DNA from: Eledone cirrhosa
Taxonomy: Eukaryota
Assembly (NCBI GenBank): GCA_964016885.1
Contig: OZ024745.1
Coordinates: 130,200,001-130,264,000, forward strand
Direction of reading: 5' to 3'
Length of the DNA: 64,000 bases
Each line of letters begins with the position of its first letter. Position 1 is the first letter of the stretch. Position numbers and translations under genes: made by a program. Shown here one piece after another: positions 15,323 to 29,832 of the stretch. The notes beneath the pieces are model-generated. The model saw nothing but the letters and a program-made list of their open reading frames with translations. It searched no databases and was not told the DNA's origin.

Positions 15323-15892
15323 CTCTCGTGTCTCAAATAATAGTGGGGTTGTAATAACTGGGTAGTTTGAATAAGCGGAGTTGAGTTTGGTATATACGCA
15401 TGGACAGGGTATAAATATTGGTAAGTTTTCTTGGTTGTCTTCGTTGATTTTTTAAAACCATAATTAGTCATATATTTTACATATTGAGACCCCAACCCAT
15501 CCTTTTTATTTTATAACGTATGGAATTTCTGGTAATCTTGTAATCTTATGCCCAATGCAGAAGTAATTATTTAAATACTTATTTATAGGCATCTTCAATT
15601 ACTCTCTGCTGCTACTCAGAATTTCGAATACCACTGGTATATATTTATCAGCAGACATGCCTTCATGAATATATATGCATGTAATCTTTTTCATCATCTA
15701 TAATATCTTTTAATATCTAAAGAAAATTATTTGTCGCAGGAATGCTAGTACTTAAAATAAAATTTCACAAAAGATAGATTAGCAAAATTTTATATGCAGG
15801 GGTTGGAATAAGACTAGAGGGGGGGGGGGGGGGTAAAAACATCTGAAAAATTAATAAACGGGGTGTGGGGGCAATTATTCGAGACCCGAGAG
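15323..15892. mobile_element. Tc1/mariner-superfamily-like non-autonomous DNA transposon, TA target duplication
   Basis: ta|ctctcgtgtctcaaataat ... attattcgagacccgagag|ta: 17/19-bp TIR match. Confidence 0.75.
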
Positions 15893-16119
15893 TATACCAA
15901 CGAGATTCTCTTTAGATGTGTTGTATGAAGTGATCTTACACATAAAGTATTTTGCCTGAGGCCCAAAGTGTAAAAGTCAGAGAATATTAATAACAAACCT
16001 AAAACAATACTATTCAACAATCTTACACATGTAAATGTCAGTGACATAAATCTCGTATTTAAATTATAACGAGATATATCTGTACATATATATCAACATC
16101 TACATGCATATGTATACGC

Positions 16120-16274
16120 TTCGACGGCTATTTCAGTCCAGAAATAGCCGTCGAAACTGCTTGAGCTCTGCCGTCAGGCTTAAACTTTTCCTATTACCCA
16201 CTCTACTACCCTAAGTATTGAGTACTATGGTGCGTTATGGTCCATCTGGTTCCTTACCACACCTTCTTCGTTAT
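16120..16274 (+). mobile_element. Family B short PLE-derived insert
   Basis: gacggctattt..ccagaaatagccgtcGAAAC..GTC followed by the conserved tail attacccactctactaccctaagtattgagtact...ccttaccac..ttcgtta. Confidence 0.8.
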
Positions 16275-16357
16275 TTTTATATGTAAATTCATATGTATAT
16301 CGCTATGTCGGAGAACCAATACACACATATACACATATACATATATACATATACACT

Positions 16358-16389
<32 letters not shown>

Positions 16390-16412
16390 AATATATATAT
16401 CTATATACACAC

Positions 16413-16511
<99 letters not shown>

Positions 16512-16636
16512 CATATATATATATACATATGTTACGTATATATATATATATACATATATACATACTTTGCTTTTGAATTTGTTGGCAGCATGACCCTCCC
16601 AAAGTCTAACTATATATATATAAATATATATATATT

Positions 16637-16673
<37 letters not shown>

Positions 16674-16674
16674 A

Positions 16675-16775
<101 letters not shown>

Positions 16776-16789
16776 TATATATTGCAGGA

Positions 16790-17370
16790 TCCCTGAAGGC
16801 TTGTTATATTATATCACGACAACCATTGCGAAAATAATGAGAAAAATCGGCATACCTAAAATATTTACTGACATGATTGAAATAAGAAAGAACAGTGTGT
16901 TATGTGATGGTGTCTTAAACTTTCCGTGAATCATTTGATGATATATTTGGTGTGAATCCATGAGGCATAGCATCTCTTTCATTGTAAGACTTTTTTTTTT
17001 GGTATTTATTATGTAATGGAGACATTTTTCGGCGAAGATATTGTGCTATACGACAGATGGATAATGAGCTGTTCTCCAATCTATCTCATGCTGATTGTTT
17101 GGTGATGTTTACAGAGAAAAATATTTGAAGAATTGTAGCTAATATTGCATAATTAAATAAGGAAGGTTATTATTGTTCCAGAGAAATGATGAATACAAAT
17201 CGATGACATTGTTGTATATTATGGAAAATAACGAAGACAACAGTTCACTTGAAATGATTGCGATATACTATTGTAAACAAATGATGGCTACTTTGTTTTG
17301 TAAATTGGAAAGACAATATTCTATAAAGCAGAAAAATAAATGAGCTTGTTAAAATTTGGAAATATACAAA
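16790..17370 (+). pseudogene. Highly degraded RTE-type LINE RT fragment
   Basis: RKIGIPKIFTDMIE resembles LxxxGxPxxxxxxI; a downstream segment resembles GVRQGCxLSPxLF. Confidence 0.45.
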
Positions 17371-17397
17371 TTCTCAACACATAATATTCTGGTAAGG

Positions 17398-17529
<132 letters not shown>

Positions 17530-17575
17530 TATGTATATATGTAGATAGATATAGTTATATATATATTTATGCATA

Positions 17576-17852
17576 TATAATTGTTTCTACATTTGGCACA
17601 ATGCCAGCATTTACCCAGTACATTACTGGTACTTTATTTTATCGACCCCGTAAGGATGAAAGGCAAAGTTAACCTCGGTTGGAATTTGAAGTCAGATCGT
17701 AAAGGGACGTAATATATAATTGTTTCTACTTTTGAAACAAGGCCACCAATTACCCAGTGCATTACTGGTACTCTATTTTATCGACCTCGGAAGGATGAAA
17801 GGCAAAGTTAACCTCGGCGGGATTTGAATATATAAAGGGACGTAATATATAA
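17576..17852 (-). mobile_element. Two tandem SINE 3' fragments
   Basis: Reverse complement of the SINE core: actggtactttattttatcgacccc..aaggatgaaaggcaaagttaacctcgg, twice. Confidence 0.8.
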
Positions 17853-17853
17853 T

Positions 17854-17920
<67 letters not shown>

Positions 17921-17972
17921 TTTAAGAGTGGAAGTCCTTGTTGCTGTATATGAATATGTACTGACTTTGTTT

Positions 17973-18061
17973 GCATATTACAATCGTTTCGATATCGATC
18001 AGCTCAGAGTACAATGGAGGTGATGGGGCTCGACCCTTTGTCGATATCTCATCAGATATGC
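17973..18061 (-). ncRNA. Canonical type I hammerhead ribozyme motif
   Basis: Minus: gcatat-CTGATGA-gatatcga...tcgatatc-GAAAC-gatt-GTA-atatgc; 6-bp stem I, 8-bp stem II base, intact core. Confidence 0.85.
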
Positions 18062-19410
18062 GAGCTTACATGTGCAAAGACACATCTCAACTGTACATAT
18101 AAGCTGACCTATCTGATAAGAAGTCGAAAAGAGTCTGATTAATATCGAAACATATTAAATAATGAAGTCGAAGCATGTGAGGAAGATGGTTAGTTAGTCT
18201 TATGAAGATCTAAACAAACACTGAGTAAGACATCCACAGATAGCAAAATGTTGGCTGGTTGTGATAGATACATTTTAACGGCGAGAAACAACGAGAAGAG
18301 AGATAGAGAGACAATAGAATCTCGTGATAGGACAATAGAATAGTTGCAGTAATATAGTGCGTGACACAACAAAAAGAGAGAAAGTCAGATGATGTTGAAA
18401 GAAAATGGCTTCTGAAAATGACGTATACAGTGTCAAACACTAACAACAGTAGTATTGGCCCATCCGTAGTCACACTGTCTCTAACTGAGTCATTTGCAAG
18501 TAACTTTATACAGGCTGTCAATCTCGAATCTACTAGCAGTACTCTTGGTAATAGTTGAAGTTCTGTTTGTCCATTTCGACAGATGCTGGCAACAAAGTCT
18601 TGTGTCGTGTTAATTTTGCAATAATAAATCTCACGCACGAACCAGTTGTCCATCGTATATATATATCAGACTTCTTTGACAGTACACCCTGCACCTAGAA
18701 ACACTAGCCATAAGGAATGTGGCACCAACACCAATAAGATGAAGCAGGACAAGTGTCAGGAATAAATAGAATATAATGTTGCAGATACAAAGAGATAGAA
18801 CCTATAAAAGCTAAATCTATAACGGTAAGAAAAGACAGACCGTTCTCCTCTCTCCACTTCCTTCCTTTTCGACACTGATACCAAACATGTCAGAACTCGG
18901 ATTAAAATATTACGTGAAGGCAATCAATCGTGATTTCCTAAATCGAAGTCTTGAATTTACACGCTATAATATTGCAGAGAGTACATGAAGTTACCAAAGA
19001 AATTGAAATGGGGTTCGAATGTGCGAATGTCACAATTTATAATAGACAATTTATCAAAATGATCAATATTGTTCTAGGTGTATACGCCGAGATGTCAGAA
19101 TACGGTCTAACACCGAAATGCAAATGCTTATGTATCCATGAATGGATTGAAATATACACAGAAATGAAAGAAAAGATTAGGAAGGAATAAGACAGAAGTG
19201 ACGAACGTTCTCGTGTCGAAAGGCCACTTGTAATATAATAAGGCCGCATTCAAGAAACCATAATTATATATTCTTAAAATCTACATTATTTTAATTGTGG
19301 CTATCTGTCAGTGTGGAATATTCTGTTGAATTTGCGTTATAATTATCGAGACTATTTAGATTACCTGTTAGAACTTGCTTATATCTCTCTCTATATATAT
19401 ATATATATAT

Positions 19411-19603
19411 AGGAAAATGTTTGACCCCGACTGCAGAGTTCAAGCCGTTTCGACGGCTATTTCTGGACTAGTCGAAACGGCATGAGTAAAAATGTTTTAC
19501 CCTCGGGGTAAAACATTTTCCTATTACCCACTCTACTACACTAAGTATTGAGTACTCTAGTGCGTTATGGTCCATCTGGTTCCTTACCACTCGTCCTTCG
19601 TTA
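19411..19603 (+). mobile_element. Family B palindrome-plus-tail insert
   Basis: Inverted arm ggaaaatgtttgaccccgac...gtttcgacggctatttctggact, then forward arm and the conserved family B tail. Confidence 0.8.
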
Positions 19604-19619
19604 TATATATATATATATG

Positions 19620-20111
<492 letters not shown>

Positions 20112-20217
20112 TGGTAATAATAAATGTGAAGACTAAAATCCGAAGAGGGCTCGAGATGTATTATATATCTCTATAAAAAACCCGTAGAGCAAATATTTAT
20201 TATAAGTACCGACTGAA

Positions 20218-20288
<71 letters not shown>

Positions 20289-20719
20289 TGTATGGAGAGA
20301 GACATACGGGGCACTCCGTGAGCAAACGTTGTTCCTCTAGCTGATGAGATCGTTTCTGCACAGGAATCCATTATAATTGATTAACTTGTTTTTGACAATA
20401 CTATATATACACGAACACTCTGTTCTTCTTCACATATGTTATCCACTTTTCTATGATTAAATATCTTAAAACTGATTTCATGCAACATTGTTTGTCCTGT
20501 CTATCACATTTTCCCTTTCTTAATGTTGTTCTTGTCGACGCTGCCTCTTCTCTACACGTTACCAAGTATATGCTCCTGTCACATTCGTACCTTTACTATA
20601 CATACAACTATCATGTATGGAACATACTCGTTTGGAATATTTACGGTTTGAATTTAGAAGATGAAACGATCTGTGGTGCGTTATCATTCATGAAATTGCA
20701 GCAGCTATTGAGGAAAAAA

Positions 20720-21480
20720 TACTTTTAGTGATGAAACAGTGAATGCCTTGCATAACGAAGGACCAAATGACGTCTTGAAGGTTCTGTCTCTCTTCCTCCA
20801 CTCATTTTGGCTTTTATTTGAGGAGACCCTTACTGGTCTCTTCTTGGTCACGTGTAGCACATGGCCAATCACTTTCCACGTTCGAATGATGATAGTATCC
20901 CGTAGATTGCTCAGCCGGGCCGTTTTCATGATCCCATTTGTGATGTAATCACGTCAATGTATTCTAGATTTGGACCTAAAACAACGTCTAAGGAAGAAAT
21001 TTGAAGTTCAGTAGATTCTACAAGTACTTTTCTATTTATCGAAGGTATATGACACTATTGTCACAGCAATTGACGTATTGCCATATAAGCTTCAGTTGCT
21101 AAAACAATTGCCAAATCTATTTTCCACACAAAATCTGGAATACTTATCTTTAACAAGGACATTGCTCAAGCATCGATGTTATCAGCCATCACCAACATCT
21201 TGCTTTCCAGCTGGAGTACTTGATATTGTTCCTCTCAAATAATTATAAGCTTGGTCGTTTTTAATGCTGTTATGACAATCAACCATTCGGTTTCTGAAAC
21301 TTAGATGAATGTTCTTATTTTGCATTATCGTACACGCGGCACTAAGGAGTCTCAGATGGGGATGAAGTGAAGGTCGGAGAGTCTTCCCTGTTCCCATTTG
21401 TGGATGTATGCTTGATCTCTTATGGATATCCCCGTGATGAAATTCACCACCAACATGTACAAACATGTGGGAATACAAAC
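20720..21480 (-). pseudogene. Degraded RTE-clade LINE ORF C-terminus
   Basis: IIRTWKVIGHVLHV...WRKRDRTFKT resembles RRWxWIGHVLR...GxRxRGRPKxTW; upstream YNYLRGTIS resembles FxYLGSxI. Confidence 0.7.
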
Positions 21481-21593
21481 CCACAATAACAAGGAAACTG
21501 TCCGTAAGTTACATCATTGATTTTGAGGTTTTGTGTGTATGTATATGTGTATGTATGTGTGTGTATGCATGTGTGTGTGTGGGCGTGCGCGCG

Positions 21594-21645
<52 letters not shown>

Positions 21646-22344
21646 AGTCTGTGTGTGTGAGTCTGTGTGTGTGGTGTGTGTATAAGAAGCATATATTCCA
21701 AATACCGTATGTAGTTCTTATAACAGGCACCAATATCACAACACATATATTCTTTTTCTTATAAATTTCCCCCTCTTTTTTCTAGAAAATATAAGTATTC
21801 ATATGAAGAAATAAGATGTTTATGTGTTTTCTAAAAGGTTGTATGCAAAATATATCGGTGATACAGCAACATGTTTTCCAAATCTTAAAGAAACAAGCTA
21901 ATATTAAAACATATTTAAAATAAACAACTGTATTCATAAATATATATATAAAATGCCAAATGCAAGAAATATTTCAGTAGAAAAAATCTCGGTCGGAGGT
22001 CTGAATTACGTCGAAACATAGCAGGATAAATTTGGCTATAAGCAAATAAAAATGTCTCCGTAAAACTCATTAGTGAAGTTCAAAGCTCGCCTGAGGACGA
22101 AACATGTTGAGGGGAAGTGGCAACGCTATGCACCCGCATGCACAAAAACGAAATATAAACACACATGAACAAACTCATATGCACACAAGTGTACACATTT
22201 CCTTATTCGCAAGCAAAAACACCTTTATTCAAGCAAAAGAATTTTGTAAACGGTGAAGTACATAAACACAGAGACACGCACATACGCACGCATTCACAAA
22301 TATGTACATCTACTCAAGCACAAACACACACAAAACACACACAC

Positions 22345-22421
<77 letters not shown>

Positions 22422-22789
22422 TGCATATATGTGTTCATGAATATGAATATATTATGCCAGTTATATAAATCATATTCTTACCGATAATATGCATATTTCA
22501 GCAATACGTCATTGATATTCTTCTGTGCGTATTCTGATGTGCGAAAATTAGTTAACTGGAGTAGCAACAACACGAATTACTATAAGGACACAAGCAGCCA
22601 GAAAGGAAGAAAACAACCCTTGCATTGGTCCATAGAAATCGCATTAAAAGAAAGAAAACCTCACACACTAGTGAATCACATTTAAAGCTCATTATCTCGT
22701 TTATCTAATTAAACGTTTTCACGCTCGTGTATCAAAGGCGTATTGCCTTTAAATATAAAATGTTGCACATTCCGCATTAAATTCATATA

Positions 22790-22826
<37 letters not shown>

Positions 22827-22849
22827 TGCAAATGCAAATCGCTTCTCAG

Positions 22850-22885
<36 letters not shown>

Positions 22886-23152
22886 CACACACATATATAT
22901 ATATATATATACAACACATTGATGTGTATATGCACCGGATATGTATGTATGTATGTATATGTCTTAATGCGAGTGCAAATATATATATGTATGTGAATTG
23001 TGTATGAAGATTATTGTTGAAGAATTCCTCGGTCTCTACATATGTATCTCATTATTATATAATACGCCGACTGTCTAACATGAAATGGACTCCGCACTCC
23101 CCACAACACACACCATATATTCATAGATGTTTTGTCTACTCCCTGTTTAATT

Positions 23153-23232
<80 letters not shown>

Positions 23233-23235
<3 letters not shown>

Positions 23236-23383
23236 CGAACGAAGTGTGGTAAGGAAACAGATGGACCATAACGCAACAGAGTACTCAATACTTAGTGTAG
23301 TAGAGTGGGTAATAGGAAAAGTAGTAGAGTCCAGAAATAGACGTCGAGACGGCTTGAGCTCTGCCGTCAGGGTTAAACATTTT

Positions 23384-23387
<4 letters not shown>
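23233..23387 (-). mobile_element. Family B insert (tail on minus strand plus inverted arm)
   Basis: Reverse-complement tail taacgaacgaagtgtggtaaggaa...gtgggtaataggaaaa, then the arm agtccagaaatag..tgccgtcagggttaaacattttcc. Confidence 0.8.
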
Positions 23388-23428
<41 letters not shown>

Positions 23429-23437
<9 letters not shown>

Positions 23438-23768
23438 TATAAATATTAATAAAATAGATGTTCTTTTTATCAATTACATTTTATTATACATATTTCAGAG
23501 GTAAAACAGTACGTCCTCATCAGACAAAATATAAGGATACATGACATACCCTGAGATGTTAAATGGTTAAGATTTAATGAAGGTACTGCCTTGATTAAAT
23601 ATTAGCCATTTAACATCTCAGGGTATGTCATGTATCATTATATGTTGTCTGATGAGGACGTACTGTTTTACCTCTGAAATATGTATAATAAAATGTAATT
23701 GATAAAAAGAACTTCTATTTTATTAATATTTATATTTTAATAATAATAACTCCGCAAAAATTTAACAA

Positions 23769-23772
<4 letters not shown>
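23429..23772 (+). mobile_element. Palindromic insert with a hammerhead motif on each arm (23479-23529 minus, 23643-23693 plus)
   Basis: Inverted repeat 23429-23742; each arm reads ttgt-CTGATGA-ggacgtactgttttacctct-GAAA-tatgta-TA-ataaaa; short tail; related to the 52757 element. Confidence 0.85.
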
Positions 23773-23815
<43 letters not shown>

Positions 23816-23818
<3 letters not shown>

Positions 23819-25753
23819 TCGAAACATAAGTCAATAGCTTGAACTCATAATCCTTTATTTACTGCTATATATATTTCGACGATAACCATTGAATGGCTAT
23901 GACCTCATCAGGCAGTTTGTCAGTTCTTAAATATGCCAGCTCTGTGTTTATAGTGTTGATGGTATCAGACCCTTGGGACATATGAGCTTGTTAGGAATAA
24001 TTTAATGTTGTCACCAGGAATAGTCTTGATTCTGATTGGTCAGTTTGTAGATGGCAGTAGGGTTGGTATTTGACCTCAAAGAGGCAGGTGGTGTTGTAAA
24101 GTTCAAACCGTCAGGCAAGATGACAATAGTTCCACATGACTGATTTTCACAAAAGGCATTCCTGGTCAGATATATATTCAATTAAGGTTAATAGTATGAA
24201 ATAGATAGTACAGGTCATTCTTAAATTGAGGAGTTTATGTGGAGTGGTGCTACTGAAATTTATGGTTAGAGTAGAAAATTTACATATAATAAGACTTATG
24301 TAGGTTGGCTTGCACGTACACTCACACCCACCTCCACAGACACACACACACATCCACACATACAAAATGTGGGGTGGTAATACTTAAATATTGGTTAGAG
24401 TCCAATACTTAGATAGTTTAGAAAATTTAGAAATAAAAGGTTCATGCTGGTTGACTTGTACATACACTCACACCTACCCCCTCAGACACTCACACATCTA
24501 CACACACAAATCCATACAGGTTTGTATATATATATACATGCATGTATGTATGTACGCACAAGCATATATATATATATATATATATAAAATATATATATAT
24601 ACACAGAACATATATATAAAATATATACATATAAAATATATATATACATAAAATACACACATACATAAAATATATACACACATAAAACATACATACATAT
24701 ATATATATAAAATACACATACATATACATATATATATAAAATATATACATATATATACATACATATATATAAAATACACATATATACACATATAAGATAT
24801 ATATATATATACACATGATATATTTATACATATATATATATAAAATCAGGTTCAATAAAACGTGGTTTTGATGACTCCAAACCAGTAGAGGATCCGGTGG
24901 ACCATCCACCATAGGGACCACAAACTATGGGTGGTTGTTGTTGTCCAATGGTCATTGGTACGGGGGTGTAGGGGACCTACATGGGGGGAGGGGGCGTTGT
25001 GGGAGGCCGTAACTGGGGTTTATCCATATAGCTTGAGGAAAGTTCCCGTCCTTAGGTGTCTGCAGGCACCGAATAAGTCGGTCCGTCTGTTCAATAGCTT
25101 GGTTCCGCCATGAAGAATCTCGAGTGTCTCACTAAGATAGAGGTTGCAAATACCAGACCCGCCTCTGTCTGGGGAAACCTTTCTAACCACGGACCAGACC
25201 AGAGAGTGCGGGGTCTTTTCAAGTTTGAGCTTCCAAATCAATTCAGAAAGGGCTGTACATTACCTCTTATCTATTCGGTTAAAGGAATGGCGATGGTTAT
25301 ACCACCGATCTTTGAAGCTCGTCGCTGTGGATCCTATGTAGACTACGTTTTTCGTCATGCATTCATTACTAAGGGGGTACAGTGTTGGGTCTCTGCAATT
25401 ACATGACTTCTTAAGCCCTACCAGATGTACCGCGTGGTTACTATCACTCGGGGTTGGTTAGTAGCCTCGGCAATCAACTCAGGGTCGTTGGGTTCGGTGT
25501 GCTAGCTGGGCCTGTCTGGGTTCCGTTGCGTCCCGCGTGCTGGTTCTGTTGGTGGCTCCGGGGTTTACTGTGGTATTAGAGGCAGTGAGCCTATACCTAT
25601 TTATGCCAGCTGTGTGCTGGGCTACGGAGCGTGTGGTTGAGTAGGAAAGTTTCACCGTGTGCCTGTTGAATATTTTATGGTACTTGTAGGCCCTAGGGAA
25701 ACATTTATCCAGTACTCTAAAGAATGTTCTATCCAGGCTGGTACGTAGACCCA

Positions 25754-25755
<2 letters not shown>
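23816..25755 (-). mobile_element. 5'-truncated, degraded Hydra-like PLE (thumb, GIY-YIG and 3' pseudo-LTR)
   Basis: FFRVLDKCFPRAYKYHKIFNRHTVKLSYST, CNCRD..CMTKNVVYIGST..FKDRWYNHRHSF and CNLYLSE..LLNRR..CRH all align to the 819-aa protein; internal stop; interrupted by a microsatellite at ~24520-24842. Confidence 0.85.
23861..23916 (-). ncRNA. Type I hammerhead ribozyme motif in PLE pseudo-LTR
   Basis: actgc-CTGATGA-ggtcatagccattcaatggttatcgtc-GAAA-tatata-TA-gcagt; 5-bp stem I, palindromic minimal stem III. Confidence 0.85.
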
Positions 25756-25788
<33 letters not shown>

Positions 25789-25792
<4 letters not shown>

Positions 25793-25975
25793 AATGTAAC
25801 TTGGAGTTACTGTAGGTTCACCCAGGTGAGAACTCGATGTTTAGGTTCACTTCAGTGTCGAGGTGTAAAACTATACAGAGTGTATTATAGTGAAAAGATA
25901 ACAAGGACGATTGGTTACTCCTTCATTACATTTAATGAAGGAGTAACCAATCGTCCTTGTTATCTTTTCAGTATA
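25789..25975 (-). mobile_element. Family A palindrome-plus-tail insert (short arms)
   Basis: Reverse-complement family A tail plus palindrome ~25886-25975 centred near 25930. Confidence 0.85.
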
Positions 25976-26134
25976 TATATATATATATAGAAAATTGGAA
26001 GTTTGAAGAACTATTAGGTAAAATATATACAGTATTCCCTCTCCCTGAAAGGTAGCCAAACTCATATATGTATCTGTGACTAGGTCTAATTACACACATA
26101 TATATATATATATATACCCCTTTGAATATAATAT

Positions 26135-26230
<96 letters not shown>

Positions 26231-26249
26231 GTGTGTGTGTGTGTGTGTG

Positions 26250-26296
<47 letters not shown>

Positions 26297-26301
26297 ATAT
26301 A

Positions 26302-26425
<124 letters not shown>

Positions 26426-26818
26426 GAAGTTGGAAATAGCACGGGAGATATGTTTAAGGGTCTCTGTTTTTTTCCTTTTTGATTCGTCAATGTGAGATTA
26501 TGGTCAAAGATTGTGTTATTAAAAAAAGAGGGAAATTCTTTTTTGAAAGATTTTTTATGGAGTATATAAAGTCTATGGAAAAATTACCGGTTTCGATGTA
26601 TTAAAAGCCATCTTGTCAAATTCAGTGAAATATATATATATTTTTATAATTGGGGAAGGTCATATTGTTATAATATTACCAAAAATAATAACAGAACACA
26701 CTCACTGTTTGGTTGTGGTTGATTTTCGCTTCTGTATCTTTTATATCTCCATAGCTAATTTGTTTGGCAATCACATTTTTTCATTGATCGACCAACGGTT
26801 AAAAATACAGATGTTTTC

Positions 26819-26865
<47 letters not shown>

Positions 26866-26868
<3 letters not shown>

Positions 26869-27652
26869 GAAAAGAATCAGGACCGTCGGCTGAGCTTTCG
26901 ATAGCTAGATATATATTTATACTCTTTTCAAATACTAACCAAAACCCTTTAATTTCTTGTAGTATAAATACCCCTTTAATGATATAGATAGTATACAACA
27001 AAACTCAATCCCTACTTCCCTTATGTTTTTCCTTTTTCTCTTCCCACTGTCAGACCCCCCCCCCCCTGCAGAAACCCGCCTGCTCCCTAATGCAACACCG
27101 CATCTTTCATCTTTCATCTCCCAGCACGCATATCCCTACCGCATCTACAACCACACCCAGCACCTTCGTCTCACCACATACACGCCACAATGTCTATGAT
27201 AAGCCAAAACAGCACACCCCCGCAACTCACACCAGCCATCGCTCCCCACCACAACCTCGTTATTATGTTTATTCCCCCCCCCCGCCCCCACCTATCACAC
27301 ATGCCAAAATATTCCTTATAGCAAATCCACCAATCAAAGCGACAAGAACTGACCACCATAAACGAATGTGAATCGTTACAGACATCTCTATGCTCTACTG
27401 CTTTATTCTGTCATTGCCACAGCAGAGGTCCGACGAGCTTTTGATTCCAGTGTCGGGTCAGATCGATACAGATCGAACCTTGAACTAATCAATAGCGAAA
27501 AGCGCGTCACTATTCCAGTATCGTAATGAAGACATCACAAATCGTCCGTTTATTATTTACCACTCTGTTTAGCTCTACACCTAGTTAGAGACGGGAAACT
27601 ACGTATTGAGTAGTCACTCAGGTGAACCTACAGTAACTGCACGTTATACTCT
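26866..27652 (+). mobile_element. Longer family A PLE 3' fragment containing a variant hammerhead (27427-27511)
   Basis: ggt-CCGACGA-gct..long hairpin..agc-GAAA-agcgc-GTC-act followed by the family A tail; a family B fragment follows at ~27660-27783. Confidence 0.7.
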
Positions 27653-27802
27653 AGCTGTCCAAACGTCCGGAGCTCAGCCGTCGGGGGTCTGACACTTTTC
27701 ATATTACCCACTCTACTACACTATGTATTGAGTACTCTGGTGCTTTATGATCCACCTGGTATCTTACCATACACTCTTTGTTATATATATAGAGAGAGAG
27801 AG

Positions 27803-27990
27803 AAGTAGTAACACAACAGTCAGTTCACCATACCGAAAACAATTGTTTAACCTTATGCGGATCTTCAGCTCGCATAAGGTGAAACAATTGTTCTCGGTAT
27901 GGTGAACTAACTGTTGTGTTACTACTTCACTACTTCTACCAATCTCGTCCTATGGACTGAGTGCTCTACCACTACGGATATTACCTAAAT
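27803..27990 (+). mobile_element. Palindrome-plus-tail insert with hammerhead motif (27834-27872 minus)
   Basis: The two arms give the consensus cgag-CTGAAGA-tccgcataaggt-GAAAC-aatt-GTT-ctcg; the tail recurs in reverse complement at ~48094-48142. Confidence 0.8.
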
Positions 27991-28599
27991 ATATATATAT
28001 GAGTTTCCTGTGAATCTAGGAAAATAGAAGCGTCAATAACATTACCAATACTTTGAAAAACACCGAGTATATGGGAATGTATATGCCAGCTTTCATGTGT
28101 TTTAAATAATATAGTCAAAGTGAGAAATGTAAATCTATTAAATAATTCTTTTTAGCTACAAAGTGAGTTTGCATTAAATTAATAGAACTAAACAGTAGCT
28201 ATAAAATATTGGTGATATCCTTCACATGAAAACAATGTTAATGAGTTCTTTTCAGAAACAAAACTAATAAATATTTATCAGAAACAAAACAATAATTCCG
28301 TTGTAATAAATCTTTAAATGTGAACAATTAACAATTATTCTGCATTGTACAGAACACATACCGCTCCATATTTTTAACAGTTAAAATAATCACTGACACC
28401 TCAATGGAAAAACGTTTCTGTTCGTAACATATGAAGAATTGTGGCTGTTTTTACAACGGTGAACTCTTTGATAATATAGGTAAAGTTGTATACTAGGTCC
28501 ATACTGTTCATATATATTATCAACGCATATGAAAATGAAATGGCTCTATTTATATACCCCCTGACTTCTATTCGCTACGTCAGAAACACGTTAATTGCA

Positions 28600-28712
28600 A
28601 GGCCAACTGTCATGAGGTTAACTTTGCTTTTAATCTTTATGGGGTCGATAAAACAAAGTACCAGTACCAGTACTGAGATAATTGCTGGCCCTGTGCCAAA
28701 AGTAGAAATAAT
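28600..28712 (+). mobile_element. SINE 3' fragment
   Basis: gaggttaactttgc...ggggtcgataaaac..gtaccagt...gctggccctgtgccaaaagtagaaa. Confidence 0.7.
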
Positions 28713-29663
28713 TGTATATGGTAAAACTCATGCTTTTCCTACATCTTACAGAACACTGATTTTATTTCACCACGAACATAAAATTGAAAATCACAGGATG
28801 ATCGCTGCTCCTTGGTATTTATTCTTTTCGAATATTCGACCGCTAACGTAAACATGCAGTTACATTATTATTGTTAATATAACTCAACCTTTGCCTTGGG
28901 TATTTAATACAACTAGTTTTCATTTAATATTTTCTAGTAGAACAGTTCATCATTTATTTACATTCTGCATCATCTAAAAGTGAAATCTTCAACGGATAAA
29001 AGCCTGGTAAGATATAATGATAATTTATTATCGATTGCATTATCTCTATGATATTTCTGACACTTTAGAAATCTAACCGCCACCAGGCAGATAACTAACA
29101 TAATTGTTGATAACTATAGAAAATATAGAAAATAAAGTAACCCTGAAGACAGGAAAAGGTGACACATCTGATAAAATTTGTTTCAAACCTGAGCATTGTG
29201 ATTCTAGATTCATTTAAATAATTTTGCTGCATATATCTTTCGGGAGAGTTACTTGAAATTAAGTAATCATTATTAAATAGACCGATGACTCACGCCCTCC
29301 ACTTAACATTTTACATGTAACAGTAAAAGGTCATTTTATTCAAGGATGTATGTTTATGCGTTGTATGTATGCACGTGCACACACACACTAACAATGTGAC
29401 CCACAGACATATACACAGAAACAAATAACAAAGGACACACGCATATTTCATCCCATAAAGACAATACTTTTTAAGTCTGCCAGTCAACGTCGACTCTCAT
29501 TCCAGCAGAGAGACAAGCTCAAGCCTATTGTATTTGCACATCCTAATCACCACCAACATTGAAGAGCAAACACATCCACTCAACCACCACCTTCTAATTC
29601 TCTTTATTGTCTCTGCTGGACAAGGATTTTGAAAATTTTCTAAGAAGCACATACAATATTTGT

Positions 29664-29832
29664 AGGGGATTGGCAGACTCGGTAGAAAGTCGGACGCCAT
29701 GCTTTGACGCATAGAGTTACGCACGTTTATGGTCTGAGTTCAAATCCCGCCTTTCATCCTTACGTGGTGGATAAAATAAAGTACCAGTAATGTACTGGGA
29801 TAATTGCTGGCCTTGTGCCAAAAGTAGAAACA
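29664..29832 (+). mobile_element. tRNA-derived SINE
   Basis: Head ggattggcagactcggtagaaagtcggacgcc, B-box gagttcaaatccc, family core and tail. Confidence 0.8.

Noticed and set aside
22085-22115. CTGAGGAcGAAAC hammerhead-like string
   Set aside because: No stem II; similar isolated CTGANGA hits near 5430, 20341, 29143, 32069 and 52390 lack consistent stems.
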